The notes beneath the pieces are model-generated. The model ran no database searches and had not been told where the DNA came from. It was given only the letters and a program-made list of their open reading frames with translations. From the IMG/VR virus record IMGVR_UViG_3300029725_000197: 17,193 nt of DNA; one strand, 5' to 3'. This document shows, piece by piece, positions 1 through 7,011 of the stretch (the stretch's first letter is position 1; each line of letters starts with the position of its first letter). The position numbers were made by a program, and so were the translations under genes. Source of the DNA: a virus. Its lineage: Duplodnaviria; Heunggongvirae; Uroviricota; Caudoviricetes.

Positions 1-789
1 ATGGGAGAGAAAAGACCATATAAACCCCGGAAGCCCGGCGGCGGCCGGAAGAAGTTGAAGCCGGAGTATGATGCCGGAAAAAACCTGAAAGAGCAGATGG
101 ATGCTGCTGTGGCGCTTTATGATTCTGAGATGTCTTTGCAGGCCATCAGCGATGAGCTGGGATTAAACCCTATTAAAGTAAGAAAGCAGCTCATCACGGC
201 CGGCGTGTATGAATCAGAAGTGGCGGAAAAAGTAAAAAATACTTTTGAAGAATACCGAGAAACAAAGGACTACAAAACCGCCATCCTATCAACCGCAAAT
301 GCTCTTCAACTCTCCAAAGCCTCCGTTACCTCGTACCTGCCTTATAAAAAAGGCGTATACTTCCCCAATACAGCAGAAAAAGAGAAGATCAGTGTTGGAG
401 CAGAGCGGCAGCGGAGATACAGAGCAATGAAGCGGTGGAGGACTAATCCGACAGAAGAAAACTTCTGGGGTGTGGTTCTGGCCTATGCCGGGGTAGGATT
501 TAAAACCTACTCTGGATTGCCATTTACTTATGAGGTGCGGAAAGGCAGGAATGGCGAGTACACGAAAGAGCTGTGGATCGACCGCCGGGAGAAGAGTAAA
601 AGTCTAGCGTGGAGTTCTATAATTTTGGCACTGAAGAATATTAAAGGAGAAGTGGTAGACCGCCCAAAAGCTCTGGGGGATATCCGGGGCGTGACTTATA
701 TTTACGGGATGTTCTATCGGTTCGGCTTGATTGATGTGCCAGATGAAGTGAAGGAGAAGATGGGGCATCCGAAAAACCGCAAAAAATAG
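1..789 (+). CDS. Hypothetical protein, probable HTH DNA-binding protein (262 aa)
   Basis: ORF from ATG at position 1 (upstream context not visible). Basic N-terminus and HTH-like segments SLQAISDELGLNPIKVRKQL and TANALQLSKASVTSYL. C-terminal domain not recognised. Confidence 0.7.
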   Translation: MGEKRPYKPRKPGGGRKKLKPEYDAGKNLKEQMDAAVALYDSEMSLQAISDELGLNPIKVRKQLITAGVYESEVAEKVKNTFEEYRETKDYKTAILSTANALQLSKASVTSYLPYKKGVYFPNTAEKEKISVGAERQRRYRAMKRWRTNPTEENFWGVVLAYAGVGFKTYSGLPFTYEVRKGRNGEYTKELWIDRREKSKSLAWSSIILALKNIKGEVVDRPKALGDIRGVTYIYGMFYRFGLIDVPDEVKEKMGHPKNRKK

Positions 790-790
790 G

Positions 791-819
791 TTGCTATGTG
801 CAAAAGTCTACGGTAATAT
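791..819 (+). promoter_or_regulatory. Putative sigma70/SigA promoter for the 877..1224 gene
   Basis: TTGCTA (791-796), 17-nt spacer, TAATAT (814-819). Followed by inverted repeat AACTGAG-N9-CTCAGTT (827-849). Confidence 0.5.
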
Positions 820-876
820 GTGCCGTAACTGAGGAAATGAATCTCAGTTGGGAAGGATGGTAGCATTATAGAAAAA

Positions 877-1224
877 TTGAAAGAAGTGCTGGAGGATTAT
901 ATTAAGAAAACGGAGCCAGAGTATTATCCACCAGTGGAAAATTTGCTGGATCTGATCTATGAACATTATACAGAGAACAACCCAGTAGAGAAAAACACAG
1001 TTGCCGGGAAGGCAGCAAAGGAAAAAGAAAAGGAACTGGAAGAATGGTTGCGTGGCTTGGAAGGTATGGATAGGCTGGTAGATGACTACGTCGGAGATAA
1101 GATTCCACTCTGGGAGAAGATCATGGACCGGCAGGGGACGGTGTGCTGTGCATGGGAGAAGACTGCTTTTGAGGAAGGCCTGAAAGTCGGGATACGGCTT
1201 ATGATGGAAGCATATAGTTTGTAA
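877..1224 (+). CDS. Hypothetical acidic helical protein (115 aa); start codon uncertain
   Basis: ORF with TTG start and no strong RBS at the right spacing. C-terminal AFEEGLKVGIRLMME resembles small mobile-element proteins of Clostridia. Confidence 0.6.
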   Translation: MKEVLEDYIKKTEPEYYPPVENLLDLIYEHYTENNPVEKNTVAGKAAKEKEKELEEWLRGLEGMDRLVDDYVGDKIPLWEKIMDRQGTVCCAWEKTAFEEGLKVGIRLMMEAYSL

Positions 1225-1251
1225 CGAAAATAAAATGAACTCCTGGAGTTC

Positions 1252-1281
1252 AAAAAAGCCCTCGCTTGTTACGGCGAGGGC
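1252..1281 (-). terminator. Rho-independent terminator ending the minus-strand mutagenesis cassette
   Basis: Perfect 8-bp stem GCCCTCGC (1258-1265)/GCGAGGGC (1274-1281). The A6 at 1252-1257 gives a U6 tail on the minus strand, a few nt past the stop at 1290. Confidence 0.8.
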
Positions 1282-1289
1282 ATGTGTTC

Positions 1290-1481
1290 TTATTTTTCAG
1301 GCTTTTCAGCTTTTTTCTTCTTCGGTGCCATTTTATGACCGGAGTAGATTGCCATGCTCATGCAGACCAGAGAGCCACAAGCGAAATACTTGTGAGCCTG
1401 CATCAGCTTTTTGCAGCCCGTGTAGAAGCATCCTGCCATGCAGGCAAGTGCGCCAAGTGACCAATATTTATGTGCTTTCAT
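1290..1481 (-). CDS. Small hydrophobic protein with two tandem 'AHKY...CM....YxG' repeats and Lys-rich tail (63 aa)
   Basis: AAGGAGG RBS (complement near 1490-1497), ATG at 1481, overlaps the upstream gene by 14 nt and is followed by a terminator. Clear internal duplication. Confidence 0.75.
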   Translation of the reverse strand: MKAHKYWSLGALACMAGCFYTGCKKLMQAHKYFACGSLVCMSMAIYSGHKMAPKKKKAEKPEK

Positions 1482-1659
1482 TTTGTGTGTCCTCCTTATC
1501 TTCTTTCTGTATTTTGAGCAATTCCTCGATTTCCGTTTTACTCGCCGGCCGTACTGCCTTTTTATTATCGTGTGCTACCGCTCCGCAGTCGGGGCATCGC
1601 TCCGGCAGTTTCTCAGCAGAGAAGCAGTAGCGGCAGGAATCGCAAAAGTAGTAGTTCAA
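1468..1659 (-). CDS. Rubredoxin-like / zinc-ribbon protein (63 aa)
   Basis: C-x2-C-x12-C-x2-C (CDSC...PERCPDCG), the spacing of rubrerythrin-type rubredoxin domains. TTG start overlaps the YolD-like TGA stop (TTGA), with a GGGGTG RBS upstream. Confidence 0.7.
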   Translation of the reverse strand: MNYYFCDSCRYCFSAEKLPERCPDCGAVAHDNKKAVRPASKTEIEELLKIQKEDKEDTQNEST

Positions 1660-2108
1660 GTCATATTCACCCCAATCTCTAATATATCCTCAAATGCAAT
1701 AATGGTCGACAGCTCTTTGCCGGTATCATTTATAAATCCTGTGTAAATTCGTAGTTCTTTGTTTATCACATCCACAGCATCCAATACTCCGGCTACATTC
1801 TCATAGTAGCCATCCGTGAAATATTTTATTGTGATCTTTTGACCTTTCCAAAGCTGGCTGATCTTTTGATTTAGAACTTCCTTGCCTTCTTCAGACAGCT
1901 CGATTCTGTTTCCTTTGAGATGGTCTCTGCCCTCGGAAGCAATCTCATCCTCATAGCCTCGTAAGGCGGCAAACGGAGAGAAGATTTTAGCTCGATTTGA
2001 CATCGGCATACGGGGATGATTATGTAGCGGCTCTGGGCGGGAGGCATGGAGGATTTTGCCATACTTACTTTGGACGGCCCTGCCTTCCGGTGTGTTCTTG
2101 TAGTCCAT
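1656..2108 (-). CDS. YolD-like family protein (accessory partner of Y-family polymerases)
   Basis: Motif HPRMPMSNRAKIFSPFAALRGY, then ELSEE...LNQKI and a beta-rich C-terminus. Lies directly downstream of the Y-family polymerase, with an AGGAGGGAG RBS. Confidence 0.85.
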   Translation of the reverse strand: MDYKNTPEGRAVQSKYGKILHASRPEPLHNHPRMPMSNRAKIFSPFAALRGYEDEIASEGRDHLKGNRIELSEEGKEVLNQKISQLWKGQKITIKYFTDGYYENVAGVLDAVDVINKELRIYTGFINDTGKELSTIIAFEDILEIGVNMT

Positions 2109-2119
2109 GTTCTCCCTCC

Positions 2120-3592
2120 TTACTTGGCCTTGTGGCCGCCTATTTGCTGATTTCTTTCTCTCATTGTTGCACCATCCAGATAGTTGGTTCCTTTTAGTAC
2201 GGCGTTCTTGCCGAACTTCTTCTTGAGACCCAGCATCGCATTTTGCAGCTTTTTCTCTTTTTCCAAATTGGTTGTGTCCGTGAATAGGTCAACTTGGAAG
2301 AATCCCTCATCTTTGATCACACGGTTGGCAGCTATTGTGATCCGTCTTACCGTCAGGGTTTTATCAGCTATTCTCTCGAACAGCTCAGTTGTGGCAGAGA
2401 TCAGGATGCTTCCGAGGTTGGTCGGATTATCCAGTTTTGTGCTGCCATGAGCAGCTTTCGGAACAGTGCGGCCGTAGTGGTCAATGTGTACCGGACCTCT
2501 GTACTTGCCGCTGTCACAGTTTTCACGGTCATAGCCCACATCCAGTGTCAGGCTGTCCGTAACCAGACCTTTGTCCGTCAACTGTAATACTAAGCTGTCA
2601 GCCATCTCCATGACAATGATTCTGGCTTTGTCATATGGGTAAGGGCAGGAGAGTACCTGACCTTCGGAGATGCTGTTGGTGCTGGGCTTGTAGGCTTTGA
2701 TTTCTTTCATACCGCAGGGCTCCAGCCCCCAAGCATGGTCAATCAGCAGTTCGGCGTCAACACCGAATTCATTATATAAGATATCCTGATTGACGGTGCT
2801 GAAATATGCCAGCTCGCCCATCGTGTGGATGCCGTGCTTTTCTAGTCGCTTGACGGTACCGGGACCAGTCATCCAGAAGTCTGTGAGAGGCTTGTGATCC
2901 CAGAGGAGATAGCGAAAGCTCTCTTCATCCAGTTTAGCGATGCGGACTCCGTCCTTGTCAGGCGCAGCGTGTTTGGCAGTGATGTCCATTGCCAGCTTTG
3001 CCAAGTAGAGATTAGTTCCGATCCCGGCGGTGGCAGTGATGCCAGTCGTATAAAGCACTTCCCGGATCATTGTCATGGCAAGGTCGTGTGCGGTCATGTT
3101 GTAGTGGGATAAGTACGAGGTGGCATCGATGAACACCTCGTCAATGGAATATACCACGATGTCCTCTGGCGCGATGTATTTCAGATAGATGCCATAAATC
3201 TGCCGCGACACTTTTTCATAATATGCCATCCGAGGCGGCGCGACGAGGTAAGAGAGTTCGAGTGACGGGTCGACGGCAAGCGATAAGGAATCATAGGAAG
3301 CAGAGGAGAAGGATGGCTTGCCGTCCTTATACATAGCTTTTCTTAATCGTACCGCTTCCCTTAACCGATTCGCATTGACCTCTTTGACCTTCTGCACGAC
3401 CTCGAACAGTCTGGCGCGACCCGGAATGCCATAGGCTTTCAGGGAAGGAGACACAGCGAGACAGATAGTTTTCTCAGTGCGGGAGGAATCTGCTACGACC
3501 AGATTTGTAGTAAGCGGGTCGAGGTGTCGAGCGGCGCATTCCGCACTCGCGTAATAGCTTTTAAGATCTATCGCAAGATATGTGCGTTGCAT
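2120..3592 (-). CDS. Y-family (UmuC/UvrX/ImpB-MucB-SamB-like) error-prone DNA polymerase, 490 aa
   Basis: Catalytic motifs AIDLKSYYAS and YSIDEVFID, plus GIGTNLYLAKLAMD, HhH GPGTVKRLEKHGI and C-terminal clamp-binding-like QVDLF. Start moved from 3646 to ATG 3592 (MQRTY) because of the GGAGG RBS at 3603-3607. Confidence 0.93.
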   Translation of the reverse strand: MQRTYLAIDLKSYYASAECAARHLDPLTTNLVVADSSRTEKTICLAVSPSLKAYGIPGRARLFEVVQKVKEVNANRLREAVRLRKAMYKDGKPSFSSASYDSLSLAVDPSLELSYLVAPPRMAYYEKVSRQIYGIYLKYIAPEDIVVYSIDEVFIDATSYLSHYNMTAHDLAMTMIREVLYTTGITATAGIGTNLYLAKLAMDITAKHAAPDKDGVRIAKLDEESFRYLLWDHKPLTDFWMTGPGTVKRLEKHGIHTMGELAYFSTVNQDILYNEFGVDAELLIDHAWGLEPCGMKEIKAYKPSTNSISEGQVLSCPYPYDKARIIVMEMADSLVLQLTDKGLVTDSLTLDVGYDRENCDSGKYRGPVHIDHYGRTVPKAAHGSTKLDNPTNLGSILISATTELFERIADKTLTVRRITIAANRVIKDEGFFQVDLFTDTTNLEKEKKLQNAMLGLKKKFGKNAVLKGTNYLDGATMRERNQQIGGHKAK

Positions 3593-3623
3593 CGTGCGAT
3601 TTCCTCCTCTCTGTGTGCTCGTA

Positions 3624-3896
3624 TTATTTTCCAGTCCTTTCCACAAACCATCGGCCTAACCGACCGTTGAAGCGTGGATCAAGGCGCTCAAAGAACAGGT
3701 GCTTTTCCTGCCCCTGGATGAGCACGGTAAAACAGTCACCAGAGTAACCGTTATCAGCGGTTCCTGCAGGGCGGAAGTCACGCACTGTTTCGATTGGGAA
3801 GGTACGTCCATCCGACCATGTGATTGATGTCGGCTGCATGAAACCGGTTGGGTCGAATGTGGAATCGACTTTTACATAGATCTTTTCTTTATTCAT
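3624..3896 (-). CDS. Small beta-rich hypothetical protein associated with Y-family polymerase cassettes (90 aa)
   Basis: Pattern KIYVKVDSTFD..G...P.SITWSDGR.F.I..V.D.RPA...HLFFE...RWFVE. GAGGTGA RBS (3902-3908) favours ATG 3896. Confidence 0.75.
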   Translation of the reverse strand: MNKEKIYVKVDSTFDPTGFMQPTSITWSDGRTFPIETVRDFRPAGTADNGYSGDCFTVLIQGQEKHLFFERLDPRFNGRLGRWFVERTGK

Positions 3897-3908
3897 GATG
3901 ATCACCTC

Positions 3909-4808
3909 TTACAGCAATCCATACTTCTTCTTGAACTCCCGGACTTCCTGAGCTTTTACTTCTTCAAGCAGATGGATGTCATCATCAGCAGGAAGCTCCA
4001 GCGGACTTACCTTCCCGAGAACTTTGCCGACAATGGTAACATGATCGTCTTCAGACTTCTCACCGTAGGGGAGCGCCTTATTTAAAGAGTAGAGTTTGTG
4101 GTTCAGCATCTGCTTGATGACGGCACCATCTGCAGTAGAGCAGATAACAATATCGCCATCTTCAACAGACTGAGTATACTTTACATATACCAGATCACCA
4201 TTATGATACTGTGGCTCCATACTTGCACCGGATACACGAATCAACGCATCAGCAGATTCGTTGTATCCGTTTTTCTTTATAAACATATACTCTGGTGGTG
4301 TGTCGATAAAAGCACAACCAGGACCAGCAGCGGCAGGAGTAGACTGCAACTCGGACAGAAAATAGTTCTCATCCAAGTATCTATCACGAGCATCTTGCTC
4401 TTCACCCATAACTGATTCAATCATCCGATCTACGATGCGCTGGCCGACGGGACTCAGTTTTCGGTACTGTCCGAACACGACTTTTTCGTGAGAAGTAAGC
4501 TGAGAACTGTTTGGTAGTCCGAATAGTTCATAAAGGGGGATGCCGAGCATACTGCAAAGAACCCGAATAGTTTCTACTTCCGGACGTGCACGATCATTTT
4601 CCCAGTTTGTAATGGTGTTACGTGATACACCCATGAGTTCTGCCAGCTCTGGCTGGCTCATTTCATTTTTATTTCTGTATTTACGGATAACGGCACCGAA
4701 AGCAAATTCGGCTTGTTCATTCTTTTCCGCCTGCGGAAGATAGACAACAGAGCTGGAAGCAGATGACCGTTTTACAGTTACTGAGGCTTTCTTTGATAGT
4801 TTAGCCAT
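3909..4808 (-). CDS. XRE-family HTH + peptidase S24 repressor (LexA/CI/HdiR-like), 299 aa
   Basis: HTH MSQPELAELMGVSRNTITNWEND, Ala-Gly cleavage site (AAAGPG), catalytic Ser motif VSGASMEP and Lys motif AVIKQ. AAGGAGGA RBS. Confidence 0.92.
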   Translation of the reverse strand: MAKLSKKASVTVKRSSASSSVVYLPQAEKNEQAEFAFGAVIRKYRNKNEMSQPELAELMGVSRNTITNWENDRARPEVETIRVLCSMLGIPLYELFGLPNSSQLTSHEKVVFGQYRKLSPVGQRIVDRMIESVMGEEQDARDRYLDENYFLSELQSTPAAAGPGCAFIDTPPEYMFIKKNGYNESADALIRVSGASMEPQYHNGDLVYVKYTQSVEDGDIVICSTADGAVIKQMLNHKLYSLNKALPYGEKSEDDHVTIVGKVLGKVSPLELPADDDIHLLEEVKAQEVREFKKKYGLL

Positions 4809-4858
4809 AGTGTTTCCTCCTTGGTCAGACTGTTCAGTGCTCAGTATCTGACAGCCTT

Positions 4859-4887
4859 ATTATAGCACAACATTATTGTGCGTTCAA
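4859..4887 (-). promoter_or_regulatory. SigA promoter of the repressor/PolY cassette with a palindromic operator as its spacer
   Basis: Minus strand TTGAAC (4887-4882), 17 nt, TATAAT (4864-4859) with extended TG. The spacer is GCACAA-N5-TTGTGC (4865-4881). Confidence 0.8.
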
Positions 4888-4931
4888 GAGAAACAAAATG
4901 GAAAACAGATAAAAGATATTGTGCTTTACTA

Positions 4932-4960
4932 TTGAAATTGGTATCCATGCTGTGTATAAT
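4932..4960 (+). promoter_or_regulatory. SigA promoter of the IrrE/ImmA-HTH gene
   Basis: TTGAAA (4932-4937), 17 nt, TATAAT (4955-4960). Confidence 0.8.
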
Positions 4961-4967
4961 TGAGACA

Positions 4968-4979
4968 AAACGAATGTTC
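4968..4979. promoter_or_regulatory. Putative LexA (SOS/Cheo) box
   Basis: AAAC-GAAT-GTTC (reverse GAAC-ATTC-GTTT) matches the Bacillota GAAC-N4-GTTY pattern. It lies 7 nt past the -10 box, at the predicted transcription start. Confidence 0.65.
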
Positions 4980-4985
4980 TGAGGG

Positions 4986-6971
4986 GTGATAGGATTGCAC
5001 TATGAGATATTGGATACTGATGTAGGGCAGGGGGCCGGAGCAGTTGCAGTACCCGTAACGTACGGAAAAACGGTAGAGCGGACAGATATTTGCCAGCCAT
5101 ATTCTGTGGCAGAGGTACTGCAGAATGTTTTTCATGCGGATTTTCAGACGGTTTTAGAAAATTACGTGAGGACGGAGACAGAGCAGATTCAAGAAGCAGG
5201 AGTGTTGCCGGGTGCTGAGGGAATGAAGGTTCGGCTGTGGTCGTACTTAAAAACACTGTCAAAGCTACAGCAGCCAACAGACAGGACTGTGGTCGATGTG
5301 ATATTGCAGAGTAGGTTAGAAGGACAGTATAAGGATGGCGAAACAAGATATGAGAGAGCAGATTTTCGGCTGAGATATATTTTCGATTTGCGAGTGTGCC
5401 ACCAATGCTGCATTGGTCCGCTCGTCTGGGTATATAAAGATTGGGAAGATGACCCGGCACTATCAGGATTTGCATTTGATACTAATGACTATCTGCTACC
5501 GATTCTATATAACAGCGACTACGAGACGGTTGCCCATGCGATTCTGGATGATTTTTTCCCAGAGGCGAAGAGGGAGATCGGTGGGGATGCGTCAGTAGTG
5601 AGCAGTGAGGAACTGGCAAGGCGGATGGGACTTCGGGTTTTGGATGTTCGCTTTGCAGACAAGACGGTGATGGGACAGCTTTACTACAACTACGGCGAAG
5701 TACATCTGCTGGATGACAGCGGGAAAACTTATGCCCAGATGATCCGACCCGGAACGATTCTGGTCAATCAAGATAACTGCACAACTGCCGCAACACGAAA
5801 TAGCACGATTGCACATGAATGCTGCCATATGTATTTGGACAGATGGTTCTTTTTGCTCCAGATGATGACAGGGAGAAAGTACACACCATATTCCAGTCGG
5901 CGCAGGGAGAACAGGCGATACCATCACAAGAATGATGCGCTCGATTGGATGGAGCTGCAGTGTGAAAAGCTTCCAGCTTATCTACTGCTTGAGCGAAATG
6001 ATGTGATCGATTATGTCGAGGCCAGATTGAAGCAGTGCAATTGGAAAAAGACACCAGAGAATATTCGAGCCATTATAGATGGGCTTGCAGAACGGTATGA
6101 AGTATCATATCAAATGGCAAAATACCGTATGATCGAGCTTGGATATTGCGAAGCCGGTGGTATCCGTAACTATGTGAATGATATGGTGATTCCAGATCAC
6201 GGATGCACATGGCTGTGGCCGGCCAATACGACCTTTACGATTTCCGCAAAGGATGCAGCACTGCTGGCTGCTTCGGATAGCGAGTTCGAGCGAGTGATAT
6301 GCAGTGGGAGATACCGGTACGTTGAGGGGCACTTCTGCTTAAATACAGATAAGTACATTCTACGGGATTACTATGGAAAACCACATCTTACCGTTTATGC
6401 CCGGTGCCACATGGAAGAGTGCTGTCTTGGATTTACGGTCGGAGGAAGATATCGACGGACTGAATATGCTGTCAGCAAGGTGGCGCGAAACAAGACAGAG
6501 CCTGTTACGGATAAATACCGTGCGGCTTATAGGTTGGTGGCAGAGCCAGGAAGCTCAGAGTATGAGAAAGAAAACCAGGCGATGGTAGATGATGGGCTGT
6601 TGTGGCTGGAATTCTACAAAAACATTCCGGATGATTTTGCAGAGATGATAAAAGCAATTATGAAACGCAAAGGGATTACGCAGGAAAATCTGTCCTTTGA
6701 ATTGGGCGTAGACAGGAAGGCTCTCTTAAATTATCTGAATCAGGATCGACCATCGGTTGCTCATGTGGTTGGAATCTGTGTGGCCTTGAAAGTGCCGTAC
6801 TTCATCTCGATGGAGATTCTGGGGGCGGCCGGCATAAAACTGCGTTCGACAGAGCAGGATTTTCTGTATCGCCAATTTCTGCTGAACGCTGAGAATTTGA
6901 CTGTGAGCAGATGCGAAGATATTTTGAAACAACATAATGAAAAACCGCTGTTCCGAGGAGAGCAGCGGTAA
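4986..6971 (+). CDS. ImmA/IrrE-family zinc metallopeptidase fused to a C-terminal XRE HTH (~660 aa)
   Basis: RNSTIAHECCH (HExxH at 5814-5828), downstream Glu in WMELQC, IrrE-type HTH LAERYEVSYQMAKYRMIELG and C-terminal XRE HTH ITQENLSFELGVDRKALLNYLN. True start may be the in-frame TTG at 4995, given the position of the GAGGGGTG RBS. Confidence 0.85.
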   Translation: MIGLHYEILDTDVGQGAGAVAVPVTYGKTVERTDICQPYSVAEVLQNVFHADFQTVLENYVRTETEQIQEAGVLPGAEGMKVRLWSYLKTLSKLQQPTDRTVVDVILQSRLEGQYKDGETRYERADFRLRYIFDLRVCHQCCIGPLVWVYKDWEDDPALSGFAFDTNDYLLPILYNSDYETVAHAILDDFFPEAKREIGGDASVVSSEELARRMGLRVLDVRFADKTVMGQLYYNYGEVHLLDDSGKTYAQMIRPGTILVNQDNCTTAATRNSTIAHECCHMYLDRWFFLLQMMTGRKYTPYSSRRRENRRYHHKNDALDWMELQCEKLPAYLLLERNDVIDYVEARLKQCNWKKTPENIRAIIDGLAERYEVSYQMAKYRMIELGYCEAGGIRNYVNDMVIPDHGCTWLWPANTTFTISAKDAALLAASDSEFERVICSGRYRYVEGHFCLNTDKYILRDYYGKPHLTVYARCHMEECCLGFTVGGRYRRTEYAVSKVARNKTEPVTDKYRAAYRLVAEPGSSEYEKENQAMVDDGLLWLEFYKNIPDDFAEMIKAIMKRKGITQENLSFELGVDRKALLNYLNQDRPSVAHVVGICVALKVPYFISMEILGAAGIKLRSTEQDFLYRQFLLNAENLTVSRCEDILKQHNEKPLFRGEQR

Positions 6972-6976
6972 GGGAG

Positions 6977-7009
6977 ACCGAGGTACCGTGAAAAGTATCT
7001 CGGTTTTTT
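6977..7009 (+). terminator. Rho-independent terminator between convergent genes
   Basis: Stem ACCGAGGTAC (6977-6986)/GTATCTCGGT (6995-7004) followed by a T-run, immediately after the stop at 6971. Confidence 0.75.
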
Positions 7010-7011
7010 AT

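Noticed and set aside
1235..1746. + strand ORFs (131, 64 and 102 aa)
   Set aside because: The minus-strand genes here have RBSs, motifs, coupling and a terminator. The + frames have none.
2120..3646. Longer ORF start at 3646 and possible 'DNA methylase' label
   Set aside because: The RBS supports 3592. Motifs are those of a Y-family polymerase, with no methyltransferase motifs.
4824..4852. GTCAGA...TCTGAC inverted repeat in the repressor 5' UTR as the main operator
   Set aside because: Only 6-bp arms with a long spacer, and it does not match the promoter-embedded palindrome. It may be a minor UTR hairpin, but support is insufficient.
4873..5475. 200-aa minus-strand ORF
   Set aside because: Overlaps the IrrE-HTH gene and both promoters, with non-protein-like composition.
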